This document shows, piece after piece, positions 49,844 through 60,299 of a stretch of DNA of 63,959 nucleotides. The notes beneath the pieces were generated by a model. It was not told the origin of the DNA. It worked only from the letters and a program-made list of their open reading frames with translations, and did no database searches. A program made the position numbers and the translations under genes. The stretch is from positions 1 to 63,959 of the forward strand of contig QPMI01000447.1 in NCBI GenBank assembly GCA_004431415.1, in the 5' to 3' direction. Origin of the DNA: Cyanophora paradoxa CCMP329. Taxonomy: Eukaryota; Plantae; Glaucophyta. Each line of letters starts with the position of its first letter. Positions within the stretch are counted from its first letter, which is position 1.

Positions 49844-50660
49844 TCACACCGATGTAGTCGCAACCGCTCTGTAGGCCATGATGTCCTTGAGATCTGCATC
49901 GGGCACATTTATCAGCAAAGGCGCGGCACGTCTAGGCGCAGCAAATGGAATGACCACGCACTGTCCTTCGTGCGCACCCGCACTCCAATTCGTCGCGCAT
50001 CCTCTTGCCAAGGATCTGCGAGCAGAACTAAGGCACGTGGCATCGCACTGCGAGCTCCGAGCATCGTACTGCGAAGATCGAGCTCGCCTCCTCGACCTCA
50101 CGGATTCGGGCGTTCGCATCGGCCCGCCTTCTCAGACTTGCTCAGCTCCTCTTTCACCTCGCGGTACCTGTCGCATACGTCCTGCCGCAGAGCTGAGGCA
50201 TGCTGAGCGGCCGCATGCGCATCGCACGCGCACCTTTGTCAGTCCCAGATCGACCTCACGGATTCGGGCGTTCGCATCGGCCAGCGCCTTCTGAGACTTG
50301 CTCAGCTCCTCTTTCACCTCGCGGTACTGTCGCATACGTCCTGCCGCAGAGCTGAGGCATGCTGAGCGGCCGCATGCGCATCGCACGCGCACCTTTGTCA
50401 GTCCCAGAATCTGCGGTCCGACGAATTCGTTCGCTCTCTCCTGGCCTCCATCTCGGCCACCTTTCGGTGCAAAGTGTCCACCTCCGCTTGCTTATCGGCA
50501 AGCCTCTCGTTGAGGTGCTGTGGGAATTCCGAAGTTCATCAGATAGCTGTGGCGCCCGCTACCGTCGCGCGGACCACAAAGGCAACGCACATTCAGACTG
50601 TGCTCGACGATCGTCATGACTTTCTCGTTGCAGCAAGGCCGCTCCACTTGCGTGCTGCTG
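49844..50660 (-). CDS. Coiled-coil hypothetical protein with a tandemly duplicated exon+intron
   Basis: HLNERLADKQAEVDTLHRKVAEMEAR and QYREVKEELSKSQKALADANARIREVDLGLTK; ~160-bp duplication 50091-50248 / 50250-50408. Confidence 0.5.
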
Positions 50661-50759
50661 TCCACCGACGCTCCGCCATCGTCTTGGGTAGTGTGAACCC
50701 CCGAGCGGCATTCCGCGGCAGAACGCGTTCTTTGAACGTTCGCGACAATCCGCGTCATC

Positions 50760-52020
50760 CGCGGCAACCGCGGCATTTTGAGTCTATCCGCGGCAACTCC
50801 GCGGCAGTTACGTAGAATTAATTAACCACGAAATTAAAAAGGGGTAGTCCAAATGACGCGGCATCTTCGCGGCATTCCGCGCTACTAACAAATTCTGCGG
50901 CAATTACCGGTAGATGTCGTTAAATCCGGCAGTTGGCGACAGAACGCGGCATCCAAGGCGTCGTCGCGCTGCTTTCGCGGCTCTCGCCCGAGAATTAATT
51001 AACCACGAAATTAAAAAGTGGGGTAGTGTGATTGACGCGGTGTTTCCGCGGCACTCCGCGCTACTAGCGGCAATTAGCGGTTCTCGCGAGTTTGTCGGCA
51101 TTTGCGGCTCTACACAACCGCGGCGTCGCTTCGTATGTCCCGATGAGCGCAGATCATGAGCTTCATGATCATGACGCGCGTTTCCTCCGCATCATGATGC
51201 AGGCATGTTCAGAGAACTATATAAGTATTTTAATCATGCTTAGAACGTGTGCGCTTTTCCACAGACCACCCTAGCTTCAGTGCTTTATGGCAATTCATGA
51301 ATTGTCAGTCTGACAGTTCATCCTGTACTTTTCTGTTCGACACATGTGTCTGTGGTCTGCATGCACAATCCCGCCCTCCTAAACATGATTAAATATTTAT
51401 AGAGTACCTCTGGACATGCAGGCATCATGACGCGGGAGAAACGCGCCTCATGATCATGAAGCTCACGATCCGCGCCAGATGGCAAGCCAGAATTGACGCC
51501 GCGATTCGTATTGCCGCGAACAACCGCAATGTACCGCGATTGTCAAATCATGCCGCGGTTAGGGAAAACTGCCGCGAAGTTGCCGCGTATTGGACTACCC
51601 CCTTTTTTATTTCGTGTTAATTAATTCTTGGGAAACCGTCGCGTAGAAACGCGATTCCATCGCGGATGCCGCATTTGACGCTAACTACCGAATTGACGAC
51701 GTGTGGCAGTAATTGCCGCTAGTAGCGCGAGTGCCGCGAAACACCGCGTCAATCACACTACCCCACTTTTAATTTCGTGGTTAATTAATTCTCGGGCGAG
51801 AGCCGCGAAAGCAGCGCGACGACGCCTTGGATGCCGCTTCTGTCGCCAACTGCCGGATTTAACGACATCTACGGTAATTGCCGCAGAATTGTTAGTAGCG
51901 GAATGCCGCGAAGATGCCGCGTCATTTGGACTACCCCCTTTTTAATTTCGTGGTTAATTAATTCTCACGTAACTGCCGCGGAGTTGCCGCGGATAGACTC
52001 AAAATGCCGCGGTTGCCGCG
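50760..52020. repeat. 1.26-kb foldback (long inverted repeat) built from ~170-180-bp monomers
   Basis: 50760-51077 pairs with 51710-52020; inner imperfect arms ~51147-51243 and ~51378-51473. The AT-rich motif AGAATTAATTAACCACGAAATTAAAAAG(G/T)GGGTAGT occurs 2x on the left and 3x (inverted) on the right. Confidence 0.9.
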
Positions 52021-52279
52021 ACACGTCGCGCGCTCACTCGCGTCACATTTCTTCCCATCCATCAAGAGCCGCGCTCTTTCTTTTGCCATCGCATCCCGCT
52101 TCGACGCACATGCATGCGGTGTCGCGTTGGCGCGTGCGCAGCCGCAGGCCAGTCTGCCATCCAGAGCTAGCTGCTGGCATGAGAGAGACTGGTTCATTTG
52201 GATGGAGAAGAAACAGAACCGGAAAAGAGAGAAAGGAGTCTACAACGCCAGGAAGCGCGTGAGATACGAGAAGAGAGCT

Positions 52280-52880
52280 AGCGACCAGCACGCTCCAGTA
52301 CAGCTGCCCGTACGGGACGAAGATCTCCATCCCCTGCTTGAGGACGCAGTCGGCGACTAGCCAGACCTGCCCGTCCTTCTCCACGCGGAAGAAGCGTTGT
52401 TCGAGAAGCGGGGTGAGTCCCGGGCTTATCGCGTCATTTGCGAAGCGCGCTAGCTCGCCTCCGGAAAGTCGGTGGCGTCGAGGACGTACGTGTGCCGTAC
52501 TTGCCTTTGAACGAGATGCTGTAGAGGCGACGCGAGGGCTCGCGAGCGAAAATCTCCAGCGCTTGAGTCTTCGTGTAGATCGTCCCGCGGTACGGGGTGA
52601 TGAGGTCACCTGGTCTGAAAACAACTGCACCACGGCGCACGCCCGGCCGCTCCACGAAGAGGCCGGTCCGGCGCGCCAGATGCCCGACTGCTTCGGCAGA
52701 AGCCAGCCCGCGCGGCGATCGATGCCGATGGCAGCGTGGTGCGCGGCAGACGGCCTCGCCGCGGGTCTGCGGCAAACTTTACTCGCAGCGATACTGGCGG
52801 CACGAGCGGCAGTCGAACGAGCGCACGCTACACCACGCGTCCTTGCCGTTACTGCCGCAGCGAGTGCAGCCTGGCAGTTA
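52280..52880 (-). CDS. Minimal SET-domain protein (lysine methyltransferase-like) with a Cys-rich upstream segment; frameshifted; possible extra exons up to ~53250
   Basis: LLPKQSGIWRAG/TGLFVERPGVRRGAVVFRPGDLITPYRGTIY..LYSISFKGKY../GGELARFANDAISPG..FRVEKDGQVWLVADCVLKQGMEIFVPYGQLYW corresponds to the SET motifs GxGLF, YxG, RFxN and ExxxxYGxxYW. Confidence 0.85.
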
Positions 52881-53357
52881 GCGCACAGGCGACCCACTGG
52901 CGCGCAGCGCACTCAGCGCACATACCAGTTCAGTACCTCCGCCGAAGCGAGACGACGCAGCTGCCTATACATTTTGCTTCGGAACTGCCCACCAGCTCGA
53001 GATCCCAGCGCTGGGCTTCGGTACGGTACCCCTGCCGGAGCACCCGCGTCCCGTTCTCCTGCTGTGAGCTCAACGGCAAGGCTTCTGCTCAGCTCCTACC
53101 GCGGTGCTAGCCCTCTTGTGCTAAATCACGCCCGCACGCCCCGCGCAATCTTCGGGAATTCCCGCGCTGACGCCATTTGGGCAGCCGTCAATACACATAG
53201 GCGGCCTTCGGCACGGCAGACATGTCAGCGCCGGCCGAGGAACGGAAGCGGAGGCCGCGTACAGACGCGCAGACAAGCGAGCCGGGCGCGGAAAGGCCGT
53301 GTCGGATGAGAGGATCCACCCGGTGCAGCGTCCGTGCGGTCACGCACGGGCTGGGGC

Positions 53358-54035
53358 TGTAGCTGGGAGCACAAGTGGTCTATTCACAAGTGTACCCGTC
53401 CAGGGATCGCGTACCCCCAAACGGAGTCGCGCCGGCGCTAAGTCAGAATACAGAGAGTGCTAGAGCTAGCTGCTCGATAGCACTAGACTAGGGCTAGCGG
53501 CTACGCATAGACTGCCGGCTAGCCTAATCCGAGGGAATCGCGGCACGCGACAACTCCTCACTCTGCATACGTGCGTCCTCGCACCGGACCGCGCCAAGCC
53601 GAACGTCGAGTCTGCATGCTCGACGGGGCGTCCACCCACCGCCGGGTGTGCACCAACCACGGCAGCGACAGGGCGGCGGCGAGTGAACTCCTCTCGAAGT
53701 AGAATGTCCGTCGTCAGCAACCAGATATCCAGGTAGCATAGCTCGCGACCGAAATAGGAGCCGATACCAGCATAGTGCATGTACCTAGCAACCCCAGGCC
53801 AAGCTCGAAAGATGGAAAAGCATAGAACTCGAAACCCCCAAAAGCTGCCCAAACCGCTCCAACGGCGAGAGCCGAAGGAGAGTGGCACGGATGGAAGTTT
53901 CACCGCCTCGGAAGAAACCAGCGAGGAGGTATCCGGGCCGCCATCAGGCCAACGAAAGGATAGGGCACGACTGAGTGCACCCCAGCCAGCAACCTCGAGC
54001 CCCTCACGGACCCGCAGGCACCCGGGAGGCCTACA
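53358..54035 (-). repeat. Putative 3' LTR of the Ty3/Gypsy element
   Basis: On the minus strand it starts TGTAG (54035) and ends CTACA (53358), preceded by the imperfect polypurine tract GGAGAGTGGCTGGG. The second LTR is outside the window, so this cannot be confirmed. Confidence 0.55.
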
Positions 54036-54479
54036 CCCAGCCACTCTCCACGAGCGACGGGCCCAGATCCAGAAAATGGAACGAAAGGCCCAGATGGCGC
54101 CCCGTGATTGGCCACCAGCCAACCACGTCCACCTCGGAAGCCAGGGCTGAGCAAAGCGGGCAAGAAATCTGCCTCCACGGCGCAAGCACAGCGATCGCAA
54201 AGGGAACAGCAATGGGACGAGCTTCTCACAGGTCGCGACCAAATCGCGTCATCCATCTCAACCTCGTCGCCCTCGGCAGCCGCTCGGGGCCCTCGCGTCG
54301 ACGTCAGGGCGAGAGGTGGATTTTGTTCTTGAGCGGGCGAGTCCGCGAGTGCGGGGTCGATCGCCGGCTCGTCGGCGTTCACAGCAGTCTTCGAGGCCGA
54401 CCACGCGGGACGGGCTTGAGACTCGGAGAGACGCGTGCGGAACGGAAGCATGCAGTCGATGTGGGCAACAGTCTCACGC

Positions 54480-55560
54480 AGAGGACGGTACGGCATCGTC
54501 CTTGGCGGAGTAGGGCTTAGCCGACCCCTTGACCGTGTAGTGTAACCGCCAGGGTTAACACCAGTCACAGTGTAGGGCCCGACCACGAATTGTACAGCCT
54601 TTGTTGTGTTCGCCCATCCAGCACAATACCTTGTCGCCAACCTCAAAGCGGCGACGATGAGGCGGGTTGCCGGTGCGACAACCATGCGGTTCCGATAGAA
54701 ACGACGGTACCGCGCGAGGCAGCGTCGGCGCTCGCGCAGCTCGCGTCATCGCGAGAAGGTAATCAGCCGGGTGCGTGTGGTCGGGTTCACGAAGCGGACG
54801 CCGGCTCCGAAGCGCACTTCGCAGGCAGGTGCACTTCAGAACCGCGGTGCAAGACCATCGGGAGACCCGGTGGCGGAGTGCACGGTGGTCGCAACGCGAG
54901 AACGATATCGGCGTTGTAAAGAGGCCAGTCAGAGAGCGGCCGCTTGTGCTCACGGCACATGGCGTAGCGAGAGTCTTGTAGACTCCGCCCAGGCGCTCGC
55001 GCCGCCGTTCGAGGCGTGGTGTAGGCGGCCGCGTGCACGAACCGGGTACCCTTCTCCTTGAAGAACGCTTCCACGCGCCCCCAACGAGTGGGACCCGCGG
55101 TCCGTCAGGATGCGCGCGGGCACGCCCCTCGTGCGTATAGAAGTCGATCGCGGTGGCGAGCAAGGCCTCGCGAGATACGGAGAGGCGGGTAGATATAGCA
55201 GAACTTGGTGTATGCGTCGACGTACGCGATGATGTATCGCGAGCCGTCTTCGTGCATATCAAGTGGAAGATATCCACCTGCCATAGTTCCCCTTGCCGAG
55301 GCTGTATCACTGAATGCGGTACGGCGGGGCTTCGCGGCCTCGCGAACTGACAGTGCGGGCACGACCGCACAAAGCGAGCGATGGAGGCGTACATGCAGGC
55401 CACCAGAACCGCAGGGCGATCCGACGGGCTATCACGGGCGCGCCTCGATGGCCCAGCCCTCGTGATAGCGTAGAGCACCCTGTCGATCCAAGCGTCCGGC
55501 AAGACGGGTAGGAACCGCCGGCAGGGACCAGGGGTTGCGCTCGATGACGCCGTCGTCGGC
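54480..55560 (-). CDS. Integrase (Zn-binding, rve core, GPY/F), frameshifted
   Basis: MYASIARFVRSCPHCQ, GELWQVDIF, GSRYIIAYVDAYTKFCYIYP, FFKEKGTRFVHAAAY, RRFEVGDKVL..VGPYTV. Confidence 0.88.
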
Positions 55561-57149
55561 CAGCTGAACTCGCCGGCAGCGTGCAAAGCGCTCCTGGCCC
55601 GCAGGCAGTGAGCGCAGCTGGCGAGCAGGGATCTGCGTCGCGCCTCGAGCCGCGGTACAGACAGTTGGATTCCGCCTCTGCGTGGAAGGCGAGAAGCTCT
55701 TGCAGAAGGATCCTCCTTCTGAGCGGCGAGCAGACGCTTGCGCTTCTCGGCGGGAACATACGGCGCAGCGCGTCGGGAGCGCCCATCGACGGCTGCGAGG
55801 GTCGCAGGCCACGCGTCGAGGACGTATCACGAAGACCGGCTTGCACGGCGGCGAACGTCCGCCTCTAGGGTCGAGTTCTACCCACCGCTGCGGGCAGCGG
55901 CCTCGGCGGCGACCGTCTCAGGCTCGAGCGGGCGGCGTCGTCGGAAGCCTGCCCGCGGCAGAGGGGCGACTCGAGCCGCGGCGCTGGCTTGGGTCCGGGG
56001 GGACGGCCGAACGCGGATCTGGTGGCGAGCAGTCTCCGGGGAGAGCGAGCGTCGGCGCGGAGGCCCGGAGGCGGCTCGCCCTCAGGGTCTCCGGCTCCCA
56101 CTCAATATGAATCGGCACCGGCCGATCCGAGGGTCGACCGGGAGCGCCAGTGGGCGCTGTTGTACTCATCTCGAGGCTGCCGCCTCAAGGCGGGCGAGGG
56201 AAGAGCGCGTCGGGATGCAGGGGCCGCGGCTCGGCAAATCCTTGGCGCCCCACCGACGGGGCCCGGTTTCCAGCGCTTCGGGACTCGCTCCGCAAGAGCG
56301 AGGGGAAGCCGTCAGCGTCGCAGGCGTCGGAGGGACAGGCCCTTCCGGCAGCGACTCGTCATCGATCTCGCCCGAGGCCTCGGCCTCTGCGTGAGCGTCC
56401 TCTAGCAGCGCGGCCGGGCGCCCAGGTCGCCTCAGGGCGTCGGCATCTCCGCGTCCGAGGGAGCCTCGCGCTCCTCGACAGCGGGCGCCGGCCCGGTCTC
56501 GTCGTTCGGGGCGCGAGACGACTCTGGCGCGGAGGCGCGAAGCGCTCTGGGGCGGCCGCGCTCGCTTGCGCGTGGCGCGTCAGTAGCCGAGGCGGAGGCC
56601 TTGGCTCAGCGAACCCAGCCGACGCAGCAAGCTTGGCGAGCTGCGGGGCAGGCGTCGCGGCGCGCGCTCTGCGGCGGGGCTCGCGTCGAATCGTTTCCGC
56701 AGCACCGCCAGCCTCACCCTCAGGCTCGGGCGCGGCGCTTCAGGGGCGCCGGCGTCGGCTCGGCTCAGGAGCACTGGCTGGCACAAGGGGCCGCGACTCC
56801 TCCTCTGCATAAGAGGAGCGGCCCGGCGGGAAGAGGGGCGCTCGCAGGCGCCGCCGGGGCGCTCGGCGTCTAGCGCTCGCCACCCCGCTGGGCTTCGCGC
56901 GGAAGCCGCGAGTTGGCGAGCTGGCGCAGGGCCGTCGTCGGCCCAGCTGCATCCTAAAGATGCCAGCGGGACGTCGGGATCCTCAGGCTCAGCCCTACAG
57001 CAGTTGCGGGATGCCGAAGCCTTCGGCGCCCTTGTAGCCGCGGGCTTGAGAGGAACCGTCTGCACCGCTGGCTGCCAGACGGGGTGGTCCTAGGGAGACG
57101 CGAGCACGCGTCGGACCCCCGTTCTGCTGCCAGGCGGTAGACGATCTCA

Positions 57150-58400
57150 AAGTCGTAGCCTGCAAGAGCAGGGACCAGCGACGAGCGCCCGTCGTCGGTC
57201 CAGCGTCTTCAGCCACTGGAGGGCGTGGTGGTCGGTCCCGCACCAGAACTGGGGCCGCCAGCAGAGTGCGCCAATACTTAATGGCCCAGACTACTGCGAG
57301 GCACTCCAGCTCCGTAGCGGAGTAGTTCATCTCGGCCGGCAGCAGCGTGCGGCTGATGAACGCGAGCGCCGCTCGACGCCTTTGTCGTCGCCTGGCTCAG
57401 AATTGCGCCGATAGCGTAGGTGCGGCGTCCGTCTGGAGAATGAAGGCTTCGAGAAGTCCGGGAACCGCAATATAATATCGCGGCCCAGATTCTTTCAGCT
57501 CCTTAAAGGCGCGGTCGCGGGGCCGTCCTCTGGCCAACTCAGACGGCGTCCTTCAATAGAAGGCGCGCATGGCGTGCACCACTTGGAGAAGTTCTCGACA
57601 AAGCGGCGGTAGTAGCCGGCGAGGCCGAGAAACGAGCGGAGCTCGTCCGCGTTCTTCGGCGTCTGCCAGTCCGTGATCACCTTGGTCTTCGCAGGGTCCT
57701 GGCGGATCCCTTCGCGGAGATGCGGTGGCCGAGAAGGTCGATTTCAGGCACGCAGAAGCGGCACTTCGACGGCTTCAGGCGCAGGTCGCCTTAGAGATCG
57801 TCTCGAAGAGCGCCTTCAAGTCTAGAAGGTGCTGATCGATGGACGGTGAGAAACCGTGATATCGTCGATGTACGCGACGACGCAGGTGGTCAGCAAGGGG
57901 CCCAGGATCGCAGTGATCGCGCGGAGAATGCCGCGGGCCCGTTCGTGACCCCAAACGGCGTAACCTTCCACTGAAAGTGACCCCAGGGGACCACAAATGC
58001 AGTGTAGGCTGGGAGCCGGGGTGCAGAGGCAGCTGCCAGAAGCCGGCAGTCCGCGTCAGCAGTCGAGAAGACCATCGACCGCGGAGGCGCTCGAGCTGGT
58101 CGTCTATGCGGGGTAGGGAAAACACGTCCGCTCGTATCTGATTCAGCTCCCGATAGTCGACACAGAAACGCCAAGGCCGTCCTTTTGGGGGCCAGCACTA
58201 CGGCGAGCCATATGCCGCTTGGGAGGGCTCGATCAGCCCAAGCTCAAGAGTTCTGAATTTCCTTGCGGGCGGTTCCTCGGCGTGCGGTTCATACGCCGCG
58301 GAGGCGTGAACACGGAAGGCGAGTCGTGAGTTTGACACGTGCTCGAATAGAGCAGGTTGCTGGTGCCCTCTTGGCCTCGACCTTGTCTGCGAAGACATCC
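57150..58400 (-). CDS. Reverse transcriptase-RNase H, frameshifted
   Basis: [115 protein letters not shown]. Confidence 0.93.
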
Positions 58401-59559
58401 TTGTAGCGCCGCAGGAGCGCGTGAAGTTCGCTTCTGCGCCGTCGTGATTGACGGGTGAGAGCCGAGCTCAGGAATCTTCTTCAGCAGCTCTTGCCACTCT
58501 CCTCTGCATTAGCACCGCCGCGTGCCTCAGCGGGCTTCGCGTCGGTGCTGCAGTCGTAGGGGGTGGGGCATCGGCCGGGCCGAAAGCGAGGCTGTGACCA
58601 CACTCTGGTGGGCCTCGCGTCGGCGACCGTGCGGCCTTGCGGACCGAACGTCGCCGGCGCATGGCGCGGACTGCATCGAGCAAGTCGCGCTCGCTTTTCG
58701 GAGAGACCGGGGAAGGTCGAGCGCAGGGTGGCGTCTCTGGGACGGACACTGCCTCGACTGCGGCGACGAACTCGTCGACCGAGGGGCCTGTGATCGGGGC
58801 GGCGTTGGGACGCGCTCGTGACGACGTGCTCATAGCATCGTCGTCGAGGCAATGATCCATAGCATCAAGGTCCTGCAACGGCCGGTCGGCTGTGTCGAAG
58901 GGCAGCTCGCCAAACGTGACGACTATATCGTCGACGTCGTAGGCGGGCGCGGGTGGGTCGGCGGCTCAGCAGGCGCTGCGCTAGACAGAGCGCGCTGCTT
59001 TCCGCCTCATCTACGACAGAACGTAGGGTGGAGATTATTTCTCAACTCTTTGCGGGCTCATATGCCGCGCCAAGCATGCGTGCTTTTCTATTAAAGTGGC
59101 GGAGTCCAGTGCGGCGTTTCGCAGGCACGATTCGCAGCCGCGAATCAAGAGGTCTGTCAATGCACTCGCACTACAAGGCATTTGCTCAGTTCGTACTCAA
59201 AATCACCAGGCGGTAGGGCGACCGCCGAAGCGACCGCTACTACCGATCCTAGCGGCAGGGTTACCGGCTGCCGGCCAGGATTGCACAACCGCACGTGAAA
59301 CATTTTGTCTCCCGGGTGATTATGCAGCTGGTAAGGGCAGAGTACGCCCAAGGCTGCGGGGACTCCGCGACGCTCGACGTAGAGGTGCGGCAACTCACGC
59401 GTGCCGGGCCCTGCCCATTGAGCGTGCATGGACGAGGGCTCTCCGACGGGAGCTTACTGTCCCAGGACTCGGACCAGATCCCAAGCTGTCCGGAGCCGAA
59501 AAGGGACGACGACTTCGCGTGCAGGTGGTCACGGGCCGGAGGCACCACCCGGACAGCGT

Positions 59560-59900
59560 CGTGTCGATCTGGCCGTGACGGCCCTGGATCGCGTCCAGGC
59601 CGAGCAGAATGTCCGGCTCAACGCCCATGGCGCCGCGCGGACGACGAAGACGCGGCGGCAGAAGCGGAGCGAGCCCAGAACGAAGACTACGTCGGCGCGG
59701 CGACAAACGAATTTGTCCCGGTCCCATGAAACCGCGGACTATCGTGTGGCCCTCGACGTAATTGACTTCGTCGGGCGCAGGCGGTCGAGGACTTCCTGGG
59801 AACTACAGTTCCCTGGCCGCCCGTGTCGACAACAATGCGAGCGGGCCGTTCAGCGCCGGAGCGGCCGTCGGCAGGCGCATAGCATGGCCTGCCGTGAATG
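59560..59900 (-). CDS. Retroviral-type aspartic protease, frameshifted
   Basis: IVVDTGGQGTVV and a downstream DILLGLDAI. Confidence 0.8.
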
Positions 59901-60299
59901 TGCAGTGTCTTTGGCCGGAAGAATTCCCAGCCCCGGTCGCGCGGGAAGCTAGGTCGGGCGCGGCGGACGTGAATTCTGTTCCGGCGGCGCGGGTGGACCC
60001 GACAGTCCGTTGCGCTTGCGGTGGGGATGGGGCGGGACTGGCGAGCCGCGGGCTCGCTCGGCGACTCGCGCTGCTCTGCCTGGTCGCCAACGGGCGAGGG
60101 CTTGGTCCGCTTGCGCGGGCCCGGGCCGTGGCGGTTGGCGTAGAGCAACTCGTCGCTGGGCGGGTCATAGCCGGCGCGCGTCCCAGCGGCGTCTCTCTGC
60201 CGGGCGGGGCACGGCGAGGACGGGCGGTTTTTGGAGCCCAGGGCGTGGCCCGCGGGCATGAGAGCTTCCTCGTCGGAGGTCAGGCCTCGGTAAATGATC

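Noticed and set aside
54100-54240. Possible chromodomain after the integrase (RFLARFAQPWLPRWTWL)
   Set aside because: Too degenerate and frameshifted to support.
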